The notes under the pieces were generated by a model. That model saw nothing but the letters and a program-made list of their open reading frames with translations, did no database searches and was not told the origin of the DNA. A stretch of DNA of 64,000 nt from Candidatus Levyibacteriota bacterium (lineage in GTDB: Bacteria; Patescibacteriota; Microgenomatia; Levybacterales; UBA12049): NCBI GenBank assembly GCA_027459745.1, contig DAIDHL010000003.1:129125-193124 (forward strand), in the 5' to 3' direction. The translations under genes were made by a program, and so were the position numbers. The stretch's first letter is position 1. The number at the start of each line of letters is the position of its first letter. This document shows, piece after piece, positions 51,509 to 60,423 of this stretch.

Positions 51509-51617
51509 GGCCAAGGAACGTGTTTTTTTCGCAGTAAACCTAGTAGGGTTTAACAACCGGATAAGTTCAAACCAAGATAGTCCGACGGGTATACAAGAAA
51601 AAAAATATTCTCGGCAA
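51509..51617 (+). repeat. ~105-bp structured intergenic element, copy 3 (between convergent genes)
   Basis: Same core as copies 1, 2 and 4. Confidence 0.9.
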
Positions 51618-51618
51618 A

Positions 51619-53541
51619 TTATTTGTCAGTGAACACCTGATAATAGTGGAAGAAATTTGTGGAGATTTTTTCAATTGTTTCTTCTCTACTCGCTTTTTTA
51701 TTATAGAAATCTGAGATCGCATCCCAAAAAATTGTTCTTCCCACGGCAAACCCAATCACTCCCGGCACTTGCGAACCTAATTTAATCCAGTTATCCACTG
51801 TAGCATCATCCGCCCCTCTTCCTAATACCACAATCCCCACACCTTGCCTCTCATCAATCTGCGCTTGATGCACACAATTTTTATATGCTCCCTCTGATTC
51901 CATCCCTTCCAGCTTCCACACATCCGGCTCTACGCCGGCATCTTGTAATTCTTTGATCATTTGCACGGTCAAACCGGGACGAATTGTTTTATCATATTCT
52001 TTCTTATCCCCATTGGCTTTGGCTAACTGTTCCTCATTTGCCCCCACCAACACTTCTAACAAAAATTTATGTCCATGTTCATGACAATAATTGCTAATTT
52101 TTTTCAAAGTAACTTGTTGTCGTTGACGCGAATCGGCTGCATCGGCTGGATTATATTTAATTAATACTTTAGCAAATGTAGGTTTATACTTTTCAATATG
52201 TTCGGCAAAATGTTCTCCGTATTCAAAAGCAAATTCTTCCTGACCACTTTTTTCTACTGTCAAGATTGTGACAAAACCCTGCTGCTTGGCAGTCTTTAGT
52301 ACTTCATCGCCATATTCTTCGTCAACCAAAATACCGGCCATTTCTTTGGGAAGGCCTTTATTTATGGATGATTGGAAACCAGCAAAAATAATATTTTTGA
52401 AATCTCTAATTGCTTCTTTTTGTTCCTCTGTCATTTCCTCCATCTTCACATTAAACAAATGCTGAGCAAACGTATTGCGATGATCAAATGGCAAAATATA
52501 TAAATTTTTATCGTAACCGAGTTTTAATTTGGTCATAGAAAATCCACCCTCTGCTGCTTTTTTATCCGCTAATTTACTCACTATTTTATCTTGCGTTAAC
52601 AATCCAACTTGTGCGCCCACTTGACCGATCACAGATATGGCATTCTGTGTCCCCCATTCCATGGCATCATCTATCGAGCGATTCATTTGCCAAGCCGCTA
52701 AAAATCCGGCTGTATAGGCATCACCGGCACCTGTTTTCTCGACAATTTCTACTTCTGGCGTGAAATGATAATAAAAACTGCCTTCATCATCCCGGACATA
52801 TGAACCATGTACCCCATTAGTTATAACACAAACTTTAACTCCTAACTCCGCAAGTTTGTCCATTAATCCTTGAATATATTCTTTACTATCATTAGCTTGT
52901 TGTGGTTCTTGACCAAACAATAATTGCTCGGCTTCTTCTTTATTCACAAAAAGTATTTGTGTGCGCTTTAAAACTTCTTTGCTTAACTCCATGTCTTCAT
53001 GTAGTTGTAACGACCCAGGATTAAAAGCGAGAGGGATTTGTGTCTTATCAATAAAATCAATCGTTTGTTGATAAACTTTTTTCCATTCATTACCCAAACT
53101 CGTCAGAAAAATTAACTTGGCTTTTTTCATTTTGCTAAAGTTGAATGCATGTTCTCTCACTGGTCTATCAGTAAACAAAGTCCGATCTCCTTGATAATTC
53201 ATACCTACGGTTAAAGAAGAAGATTTAGTAGGAGTTTTAATCAATAAACTTTCATCTATTTGCTCTTTGTTTAATCCATCCAAAATCAAGCCAGATAAAC
53301 TATCATCGCCCAACTCAGCGGCTAGAGCTGTACTCACACCCAAACGACATAAACCAACGGCCACATTGGCTGCATTACCACCAACCGAAGTGGCACAATG
53401 ATCCACATCAATTTTCTCACCATATTTGAAGCAAAATTCACGTGTACCTGAATTCAAACGAATTTCTTTATTTTCAGGCAAAAAACTTAAAAAAATATCT
53501 ACTGTGGTATCACCTATAGTCACTACCTCAAACTCGGGCAT
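51619..53541 (-). CDS. PfkB sugar kinase fused to DUF2090 aldolase-like domain (IolC-like architecture)
   Basis: GGNAANVA, FNPG, NKEEA, TGAGDAY; LPFDHR, GILVD, PDVWKLEG and GFAVGRT. Confidence 0.9.
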   Translation of the reverse strand: MPEFEVVTIGDTTVDIFLSFLPENKEIRLNSGTREFCFKYGEKIDVDHCATSVGGNAANVAVGLCRLGVSTALAAELGDDSLSGLILDGLNKEQIDESLLIKTPTKSSSLTVGMNYQGDRTLFTDRPVREHAFNFSKMKKAKLIFLTSLGNEWKKVYQQTIDFIDKTQIPLAFNPGSLQLHEDMELSKEVLKRTQILFVNKEEAEQLLFGQEPQQANDSKEYIQGLMDKLAELGVKVCVITNGVHGSYVRDDEGSFYYHFTPEVEIVEKTGAGDAYTAGFLAAWQMNRSIDDAMEWGTQNAISVIGQVGAQVGLLTQDKIVSKLADKKAAEGGFSMTKLKLGYDKNLYILPFDHRNTFAQHLFNVKMEEMTEEQKEAIRDFKNIIFAGFQSSINKGLPKEMAGILVDEEYGDEVLKTAKQQGFVTILTVEKSGQEEFAFEYGEHFAEHIEKYKPTFAKVLIKYNPADAADSRQRQQVTLKKISNYCHEHGHKFLLEVLVGANEEQLAKANGDKKEYDKTIRPGLTVQMIKELQDAGVEPDVWKLEGMESEGAYKNCVHQAQIDERQGVGIVVLGRGADDATVDNWIKLGSQVPGVIGFAVGRTIFWDAISDFYNKKASREETIEKISTNFFHYYQVFTDK

Positions 53542-53584
53542 AGATTTATCATAAAGAATTTTTGCCGGTGCTACAAGTACTATC

Positions 53585-53654
53585 GTAATTGCGAGCGAAA
53601 TGAAATGTAACGAAGCAATCTAGATTGCTTCGTCGCTACGCTCCTCGCAATAAC
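53585..53654. repeat. REP/RPE-like palindrome, family A (inverted relative to 47477)
   Basis: Close to the reverse complement of 47477-47546. Confidence 0.85.
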
Positions 53655-53685
53655 AATTATCTATTTATCCTTTCCTCTGATAACT

Positions 53686-53789
53686 AGCGAGAAATATTTT
53701 TTAGCTGTAAACCTAGAAGGGTTTAACAACCAGATAAGATCAAACCAAGATAGTCCGACAGATGCACAAGAAAAAATTGTTTCAAGCAA
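53686..53789 (+). repeat. ~105-bp structured intergenic element, copy 4
   Basis: agcgagaaatattttttagctgtaaacctagaagggtttaac...gtccgacagatgcacaagaaaaaattgtttcaagcaa. Confidence 0.88.
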
Positions 53790-53840
53790 TAAAGCAGAGA
53801 TTGTATTACCGAGAGAATACTAGTAACATAATTAGAGTCA

Positions 53841-55058
53841 ATGGAAAACAAACTTAACATCGTGGTTCTTGGTGGTGGATTCGCAGGCGTAGCGGCTATC
53901 AAAGAATTACTCAAATACCAATCAGAAATTAAAGCTAACATTACTCTAGTCGATCGCAATAACTATCATCTATTTACTCCCTCCTTGTATGAGGTAGCCA
54001 CTTCAGAAGAACCCATGAAAAATATTGCCATACCCTTCGTAGAAATCTTTGGCCAAAAAATTAATTATTTAACTGGCAGCATTGAAAAAATTGATCAAGC
54101 TAATCATAGCATTCAAATTAATCAACAAACTATAAATTATGATTATTTAATTGTTTGTCTGGGCAGTGAACCAGCTTATTACCATATCCCTGGACTGCAA
54201 GAACATAGTTTGGCTCTCAAATCTTTACAGGAAGCCGTTGATATAAAAGAAAAAATTAAGTCAGCCTGTTGTAAAGAAAATGAATGCCACAAAAAAGCGC
54301 AGATCATCGTGGGAGGAGGCGGTTTTGCCGGCACTGAACTGGCAGCTGAATTACTTACTTATAAAGATCGTCTGGCCACACAAAATAAATTGGATAAAGA
54401 TTGTCTGGAAGTCACCATTATTCAAGGCTCAGATCGGCTATTAAAGGAGTTAGATAATCATGTTTCTGATCTGGCCAGTAAAAGACTAGCTACTCCCATG
54501 GTACATTTGGCTTTCGGTGGTCATATCAAAGAAGTAACTGACACAAATGTAGTGACTGATGATGGAAAAACTTATAATTATGACGTTTTATTGTGGACCG
54601 GCGGAGTGAAAGCTAATTCGTTAGTGGAAAAAAATGGTTTTGAGGTTAATAAACGTGGACAGATTAATGTTAACAATTTCCTGCAGACTAAAGATGCAAA
54701 AATCTTTGCGGCGGGAGATATTGCTGGATATATAGATACTAAAACCCAAAGTCCTGTCCCTAATGTTGCCCAAGTAGCCGAAGATCAAGGCAGGATTGCG
54801 GCCTTTAATGTTTACAATTTAATCACTAAGAAAACTTTATTGGAGTATAAATTTAGACATTGGGGCTATGTCGTACCACTAAAAGGTAGATTTGCAGCCG
54901 CAGAATTAGAAGGCAATTTACATTTTGATGGATTTTTAGGTTGGGTCTTACAACAACTCGTTTTTCTCTACTATTTATTAGGCATTGTTAGTATCTTGAA
55001 AGCCTTTAAAAGATGGGATGAAGTTCTGATGGATTATGATAAAAATATTTCCAATTAG
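53841..55058 (+). CDS. ndh: Type II NADH:quinone oxidoreductase (NDH-2)
   Basis: Two GGGFAG Rossmann motifs, FTPSLYEVA, GTELAAE, WTGG, AGD and AQVAEDQG. Confidence 0.88.
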   Translation: MENKLNIVVLGGGFAGVAAIKELLKYQSEIKANITLVDRNNYHLFTPSLYEVATSEEPMKNIAIPFVEIFGQKINYLTGSIEKIDQANHSIQINQQTINYDYLIVCLGSEPAYYHIPGLQEHSLALKSLQEAVDIKEKIKSACCKENECHKKAQIIVGGGGFAGTELAAELLTYKDRLATQNKLDKDCLEVTIIQGSDRLLKELDNHVSDLASKRLATPMVHLAFGGHIKEVTDTNVVTDDGKTYNYDVLLWTGGVKANSLVEKNGFEVNKRGQINVNNFLQTKDAKIFAAGDIAGYIDTKTQSPVPNVAQVAEDQGRIAAFNVYNLITKKTLLEYKFRHWGYVVPLKGRFAAAELEGNLHFDGFLGWVLQQLVFLYYLLGIVSILKAFKRWDEVLMDYDKNISN

Positions 55059-55099
55059 AATTAATTCACGCTTCTAAAAAAATTTGTTTATTTTTAACC

Positions 55100-56782
55100 C
55101 TACCAACTCCCTCCTCCACCACCCCCACCGCCGCCACCAGAAAATCCTCCACTGCTAAAGCCTGATGAAGATGCAGGCGCGGCATATTGCACGCTATTCC
55201 GAAAAGAAGAGGCAAAGGCTGGATACATCAAATAGAAACTTCTGTTCCCAGTATAGAATGTTGGTTGATATTGTGGATTTAAGATCTGCAATTGCTGCAT
55301 AAATTTATCGATATAACCTAAAGAAATAGCATAAGGAATCATTTGTTCTACCACATAAACTTTATCGGCTTGCCATTGATATTCAGGCTTCATATTTTTC
55401 AGGAAAAGTTCTAGTCCTTTAATTTTCCAACTCTGTAAATCTCCTTCTGCTGTTCTATTGGTGAACTTACGAGCCATGATTATTAAAACTATCCCTAGCA
55501 CGAAATTTAAACTAATAAATGACAAAATAGCAAAGATTATAACGGGAATTTTATGTGGATCAGAAGATTTATTATACAAACCTTTATCAACTAACTGATT
55601 ATAATTTGTGGTCTGCAAATTATTAAATTGTGTATATGTAAGTTTTTCATCAGATAAATATACTTCACTTTTGTCTCCAAACATATCACTGGTCAAAGTC
55701 TTTTCAAAATCATTTAAATCAGCAAATGTTTTTAATTTAGTTAATTTATAATCGGTGCTTTTTCCCAAACCTAAAATCCCCCCCTTAGTATTAATTTCCT
55801 CAATTTTTAGATAATGTCTGACGCCTAAATCAAAAATTGTGGCTGATATACAATTACTATCAATTAATGGCTGATCAATTGTAGCGGCTTGAGCTGGAGA
55901 GATACGTGCTCCCGAAGAAGTTTTGGGCAGATCAAAATTCACGGTTACTGGCCCAAATCTTTTCTGATGTTTGGTCTTTCGATACCATACTATGGCTAGC
56001 ACTGATCCTAAAATATTTATTATTAACCAACCATAGAAAAGATAACTTAAAACTTTATACGAACCTGAATAATCTACGGGTTGGATTTGTTGAACTACAC
56101 TTTTGGGAAAAGTTCCCAGTGGAAAAGCAAGCGCAAAACTAAATCCTTCGTTGGGATTTAAAGGAACATTCGTACTAATTACTTTGGCATCAGTCGAGTC
56201 ACTAATTACACAATTAGTTGCTTTTGAACCATAAACACCTGTGTAACAAACCGAGTTTGAGGGTGTCAAACCAAGATCATTTTTGACATTTGCTGATGCT
56301 TCCATAATGGGCACACTCCAACCAGTACCCGTCACATTCCAGTAAAATTCATCATGATCGGCATAATTGCCAATTCCATTACTTACACTATAGGAAACAA
56401 CATAATCATGTGTACCCGTCATCGTATAACCTGGATTACCAATCTTGATTTCCAAGTTATTATCTGCAGTATTACTCACAGCATATTGTTCGGGCTGTCC
56501 ATCACGCAAAACCGAACCCACATTAATATTTAGTACACGATATAAATTATTTCCTAATGACGTATCTAGAGGTATATCTCTGGTTATGCCGTGGTGTTGT
56601 ACGTCACCAAAATCATATTGAATGTTTTCTGTAACATCAGTGGTTCCATCTTTATGTATGACAATGGTATCGTCGAAACTCTTGATACTTTCCGCAAAAA
56701 CACTTGTGGTAGAAGCTAAAGAAGATAAGCCTAGAAATAAACTCAGAAACAAAACAAATTTTAAGATCTTTTTTCTAATCAA
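55100..56782 (-). CDS. DUF2207 membrane protein
   Basis: VTENI.YDFG, HGITRDIP, DEFYWNVTG, PYAISLG and Gly-rich GGGGGGSW tail. Confidence 0.92.
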   Translation of the reverse strand: MIRKKILKFVLFLSLFLGLSSLASTTSVFAESIKSFDDTIVIHKDGTTDVTENIQYDFGDVQHHGITRDIPLDTSLGNNLYRVLNINVGSVLRDGQPEQYAVSNTADNNLEIKIGNPGYTMTGTHDYVVSYSVSNGIGNYADHDEFYWNVTGTGWSVPIMEASANVKNDLGLTPSNSVCYTGVYGSKATNCVISDSTDAKVISTNVPLNPNEGFSFALAFPLGTFPKSVVQQIQPVDYSGSYKVLSYLFYGWLIINILGSVLAIVWYRKTKHQKRFGPVTVNFDLPKTSSGARISPAQAATIDQPLIDSNCISATIFDLGVRHYLKIEEINTKGGILGLGKSTDYKLTKLKTFADLNDFEKTLTSDMFGDKSEVYLSDEKLTYTQFNNLQTTNYNQLVDKGLYNKSSDPHKIPVIIFAILSFISLNFVLGIVLIIMARKFTNRTAEGDLQSWKIKGLELFLKNMKPEYQWQADKVYVVEQMIPYAISLGYIDKFMQQLQILNPQYQPTFYTGNRSFYLMYPAFASSFRNSVQYAAPASSSGFSSGGFSGGGGGGGGGGSW

Positions 56783-56828
56783 TTAACTTTATTATAGTGA
56801 ATAACGGAGAAATAGTTAATAAGGATAT

Positions 56829-57170
56829 TTAGTTATCTAAAAGACTACGCAGACTGACCATGATCCTTCCATTCTGCTGATAAATCACTTCAAATTCTCC
56901 ATGTTCCTTCTCAATCCTTTCAATATATTTTTTATTCTTATTATCTTTAAATATCTCTTCCAACGCATCTCTGGCGTGTTCAAAAATTAAAATTTCTATC
57001 GAAATATGTTCTGCTCTAGCTCTTTCATGCAAGTTCCTGACTATCAACTCATTCATGACAATCTTTTTCTCCAATTCATGAATATCAAAAATCTCGTTTG
57101 TACCCTTAAGCACGTAATAAATCTTAACCGGAACCATTATTTCATAAAAAGTATCCATATTGACTTTCAT
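56829..57170 (-). CDS. Hypothetical protein
   Basis: Start set at ATG 57170, 7 nt after TAAAAT; the longer ORF extends into a repeat. Confidence 0.5.
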   Translation of the reverse strand: MKVNMDTFYEIMVPVKIYYVLKGTNEIFDIHELEKKIVMNELIVRNLHERARAEHISIEILIFEHARDALEEIFKDNKNKKYIERIEKEHGEFEVIYQQNGRIMVSLRSLLDN

Positions 57171-57244
57171 AAAGGGTATTTTAGCAAGAATTGTCAAAAT
57201 GACAAAGAGTAAATAAAAATCCAGGTACTTAATATTCTTTAAAT

Positions 57245-57347
57245 ACCCCTCTCCTTTTAGGAGAGGTCCTGGGTGAGGTTTGCTAAAATCTAAAAAATAC
57301 TTTAAAAACAAACCTCATCCTATCCTTCTCCTAATAGGAGAAGGGAT
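57245..57347. repeat. Pair of inverted REP-like hairpins (BIME-like)
   Basis: acccctctccttttaggagaggtcctgggtgaggttt, and its inverted partner aaacctcatcctatccttctcctaataggagaagggat. Confidence 0.75.
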
Positions 57348-57392
57348 AATATGCAACAATTATTTGAAATTTATTATTTGATTTTTGGAATT

Positions 57393-58916
57393 TTACTTCG
57401 TGGCTATTCCGTAGATTTCTGAATACTTTTTAATAATATACTCAGTGAAATAAGTATAATCCAAAGGCTTACCTGTTACTTTTTTAATTAATTCACTTGG
57501 AAAATATAAACTCCCATATTGATGTAAATTTTCATCCAACCAATTCTTAACTGGCAATAAATTTCCTCGCAATAATTCTTTATCCACATTAACTTTTTTC
57601 TGCATCACGGATAAAACTTGTGCACCATATAGATTTCCCATAGCATAAGCTGGAAAATAACCCAAATTACCATATGCCCAATGCACATCTTGCAATACTC
57701 CTTCACTATCTGTTTTTGGCTCTACTCCCAATAATTTCTTAGACTTTTCTCTCCAAGCTTCCGGGGCATCTTTGACGGCAATTTTACCATTAATAATTTC
57801 ATTTTCCATTTCAAAACGCAATACAATATGCAAAGAATAAGTCACTTCATCAGCATGAATACGGATCAAACTTGGCTTGACCAAATCAAAGGCTTTGATC
57901 AATTCTGCTTCATCTACCCCAGCTAGTTGTTTGTCATAAAATGATTTAAATATTGGCGTTACAAAACGTAAGAAATTAGGATTTTTACCAACCATGTTTT
58001 CCCAAAATCTAGACATTCCTTCATGCACTCCCAAAGATACTCCGCCTTCTAACGGTGTCGAGGCAAAGTCTGAATTGATGCCTAATTCATATAGTGCATG
58101 CCCTGTTTCATGCACTGAAGATGTAAATGATTCACGAAAATCAGTTTCACTATAAAAAGTGGTAGTACGAATATCATGTGGACCCAACGTGGTGGTAAAA
58201 GGATGAGCTGAAATATCTACTCTACCCCGAGAGAAATCAAAACCCATTTTTTCGACCGTATAATTTAAAATCTTTTCCTGATCTGCTTTGGGATAATGCG
58301 TTAATCCGTTGATAAACTTAATCTGATCTGTATAATCTTTACTCTTAGTAATTTTTTTGATAAATGGTACCAATTCTTTTTTGATACCATTAAATAATCT
58401 GGTACATTCGGCCGCAGTCAGCTCTGGTTCATACAAATCTAGCAATGCATCATAAGGATTACTCTTATAACCTAAATGTTCGGCTATCTGCTTATCTATT
58501 TCTACAATTTTAGTGAGATGTGGTTGAAACTTTTTAAAGTTATTTTCTTCTTTGGCCGTTCGCCAATCTATAAAAGCACCCGAAGTAACTTTTTCATTTT
58601 CGATGATTAATTCTTTGGGAACTTTGTAGTAAATCTTGGCAGTAAAATTTAAATTACGTACTATGGCTTTTTCTTCGAGGGTTAAGTCTTTTTCGCTGTT
58701 GGCTTTTTCCAATAACGAACGAAACTTGCTATCAAGCCATTTATCTGTGATTACTTCTGCGATATATGCGGATTGCTCGGAACGAAAGGCTGAAGCTTGT
58801 CTAGGCAAATTTACATTCAAATCCCAACCCAATAAAGCATTCACTTTCCCCAATAAGGAAATCTCTTTATATTTCTCAAGTAACTTTTTAATAGTGGGAT
58901 TATTTACATTCTTCAT
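57393..58916 (-). CDS. Carboxypeptidase, family M32 (Taq-like)
   Basis: HPF, DIRTTT, HETGH, HEGMS, IRIHADE, GVLQDVHW and GYFPAY. Confidence 0.95.
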   Translation of the reverse strand: MKNVNNPTIKKLLEKYKEISLLGKVNALLGWDLNVNLPRQASAFRSEQSAYIAEVITDKWLDSKFRSLLEKANSEKDLTLEEKAIVRNLNFTAKIYYKVPKELIIENEKVTSGAFIDWRTAKEENNFKKFQPHLTKIVEIDKQIAEHLGYKSNPYDALLDLYEPELTAAECTRLFNGIKKELVPFIKKITKSKDYTDQIKFINGLTHYPKADQEKILNYTVEKMGFDFSRGRVDISAHPFTTTLGPHDIRTTTFYSETDFRESFTSSVHETGHALYELGINSDFASTPLEGGVSLGVHEGMSRFWENMVGKNPNFLRFVTPIFKSFYDKQLAGVDEAELIKAFDLVKPSLIRIHADEVTYSLHIVLRFEMENEIINGKIAVKDAPEAWREKSKKLLGVEPKTDSEGVLQDVHWAYGNLGYFPAYAMGNLYGAQVLSVMQKKVNVDKELLRGNLLPVKNWLDENLHQYGSLYFPSELIKKVTGKPLDYTYFTEYIIKKYSEIYGIATK

Positions 58917-58953
58917 AGAGGTCATTATATACAAATCTAATAGAAATTTACAA

Positions 58954-59451
58954 TTAGATATCTAATCTATAAAAACTACCATCGCTATCATGTGCCCTTC
59001 TAAATCCATATCTACTTAGAAACTTTGGTTGAAATGTATGATTATAATTTTGTATCTCTACTCTTTGTGCTCCATATTCTCTTGCCATCTCAATTCTTCT
59101 ATCAATCATTTCTCTATAAAGACCTCTTTTTCTAAAATCTGGACTGATATAGGCATATGCTAAGTCAAGTGTAGGAAATCTCCTTTTTGCGGATGAATGC
59201 GCCAATGCACTAAAGCCCACAAGTTCTTCATTTACGTCTATTATAATGATTGCTCCTACCCATGATTTAGTTTGAATCTTTAAATTGGCAATTGTTGATT
59301 CTAAGGTCATTTTGGGATTGGACTGCTCATATCCATTTTCAACGAATATTGCTTCCTGCATGAAAGCTAGTTCACGTGTATAAGGATCCACATTCATTAT
59401 TCCCCTATCACCTGGATAAATATATTCACATCTATAGTCTTGTTCTGACAT
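58954..59451 (-). CDS. GNAT N-acetyltransferase
   Basis: YISPDFRKRGLY, FLSRYGF. Start set at 59451, 7 nt after TATAAT. Confidence 0.75.
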   Translation of the reverse strand: MSEQDYRCEYIYPGDRGIMNVDPYTRELAFMQEAIFVENGYEQSNPKMTLESTIANLKIQTKSWVGAIIIIDVNEELVGFSALAHSSAKRRFPTLDLAYAYISPDFRKRGLYREMIDRRIEMAREYGAQRVEIQNYNHTFQPKFLSRYGFRRAHDSDGSFYRLDI

Positions 59452-59485
59452 GGAAAAGATTATACATCTAAATAAAGATTTCAAA

Positions 59486-60421
59486 CTAAAAAAACAAGAA
59501 TGGTTTGAGACCGAATTGATAAACTCGATAGGGTTTGGGGCCGACAAATGCTTTTCCATTAATAAAGAGAGTCGGCGTACCATAAACTCCTGTCCCTACT
59601 AATTGATCAATCTGTTTATTAACCAAAGTTTTAGTGGCCTGACTATTCACACACGCCTTGATCTTCCCTACATCATAACCTTCCTTGCCTAACAAACTTT
59701 GCACATATTCCGGTTTAAATAAATCTTCTTTACTCGAGGCGAACATCTTATCATTCCATTCCCAGAATTTATCTTTATTTTGTTGATATGCGCAATCAAC
59801 ATATGCAGTTAAATAGGAAGAAGCAGACTTAGTGGGATAATGGGCAAAAGTATATTGCACGTTATTCTCAGTTACAAATTTTTTAATTAAAGGATAGGCT
59901 TTACGCGTATAATCACACAAATAACAACCTATCAGCACAACTTTATTTTTGGCTTGAGTATTTTTAGTGGGAAATAAACTTACATTGACATTTTTTAATG
60001 TCAGATCGGATTCTGTTGGCGGCTTCAAAGAACAAGGTCTGGTCGAGATAGTAGAAACAGCACTATTATTCCCCTTGGGATCAAAGGCGCAAAACCCAGT
60101 TGAATTCAAACCATTACAATTACCATAAACATAAAAGTCATACACTCCCTTGGCTACCCAGACTGTACTGACTATGGATAAAATAAAAAATATCCAGGCC
60201 AATAATTCAAAACGATGACTAACAAATTTGGCTACCCGTGACGAACGATTTATTAATTTCCCCAAAATCTTAGCCTGCATTTTTTCTTTAAAACCCGTAT
60301 TGCATGCACGCAAAGTCACCCGGCGGAATACGCACTGAAAAGCTTCTTTCGCCAACGCCCGATGCGACGCGCTAAAGATACCTAAAATAGCGAAAACAAT
60401 TAAAGCAATAAAACAAAACAT
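59486..60421 (-). CDS. DsbA-like thioredoxin-fold membrane protein
   Basis: CYLCDYT, HYP and GVYGTPTLFING; Cys-rich N-terminal TM region. Confidence 0.8.
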   Translation of the reverse strand: MFCFIALIVFAILGIFSASHRALAKEAFQCVFRRVTLRACNTGFKEKMQAKILGKLINRSSRVAKFVSHRFELLAWIFFILSIVSTVWVAKGVYDFYVYGNCNGLNSTGFCAFDPKGNNSAVSTISTRPCSLKPPTESDLTLKNVNVSLFPTKNTQAKNKVVLIGCYLCDYTRKAYPLIKKFVTENNVQYTFAHYPTKSASSYLTAYVDCAYQQNKDKFWEWNDKMFASSKEDLFKPEYVQSLLGKEGYDVGKIKACVNSQATKTLVNKQIDQLVGTGVYGTPTLFINGKAFVGPKPYRVYQFGLKPFLFF

Positions 60422-60423
60422 AA

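Noticed and set aside
51200-51755. ORFs 51200-51496 and 51567-51755 (also 53723-53959, 48412-48825, 49457-49708)
   Set aside because: They are read-throughs of repeats or antisense to real genes; the shared VHxSDYLGL peptides derive from the repeat.
48440-53789. The ~105-bp element as a c-di-GMP-I (GEMM) riboswitch
   Set aside because: GGUAAACC...GGGAUG...GAUAG is superficially similar, but the GNRA tetraloop stem and GCAAA are missing, and copy 3 lies between convergent 3' ends. An Infernal search would settle it.
48440-53789. The element as a CRISPR array or canonical integron attC array
   Set aside because: The copies are separated by whole metabolic genes, there are no cas or intI genes in the window, and no terminal RYYYAAC/GTTRRRY boxes.
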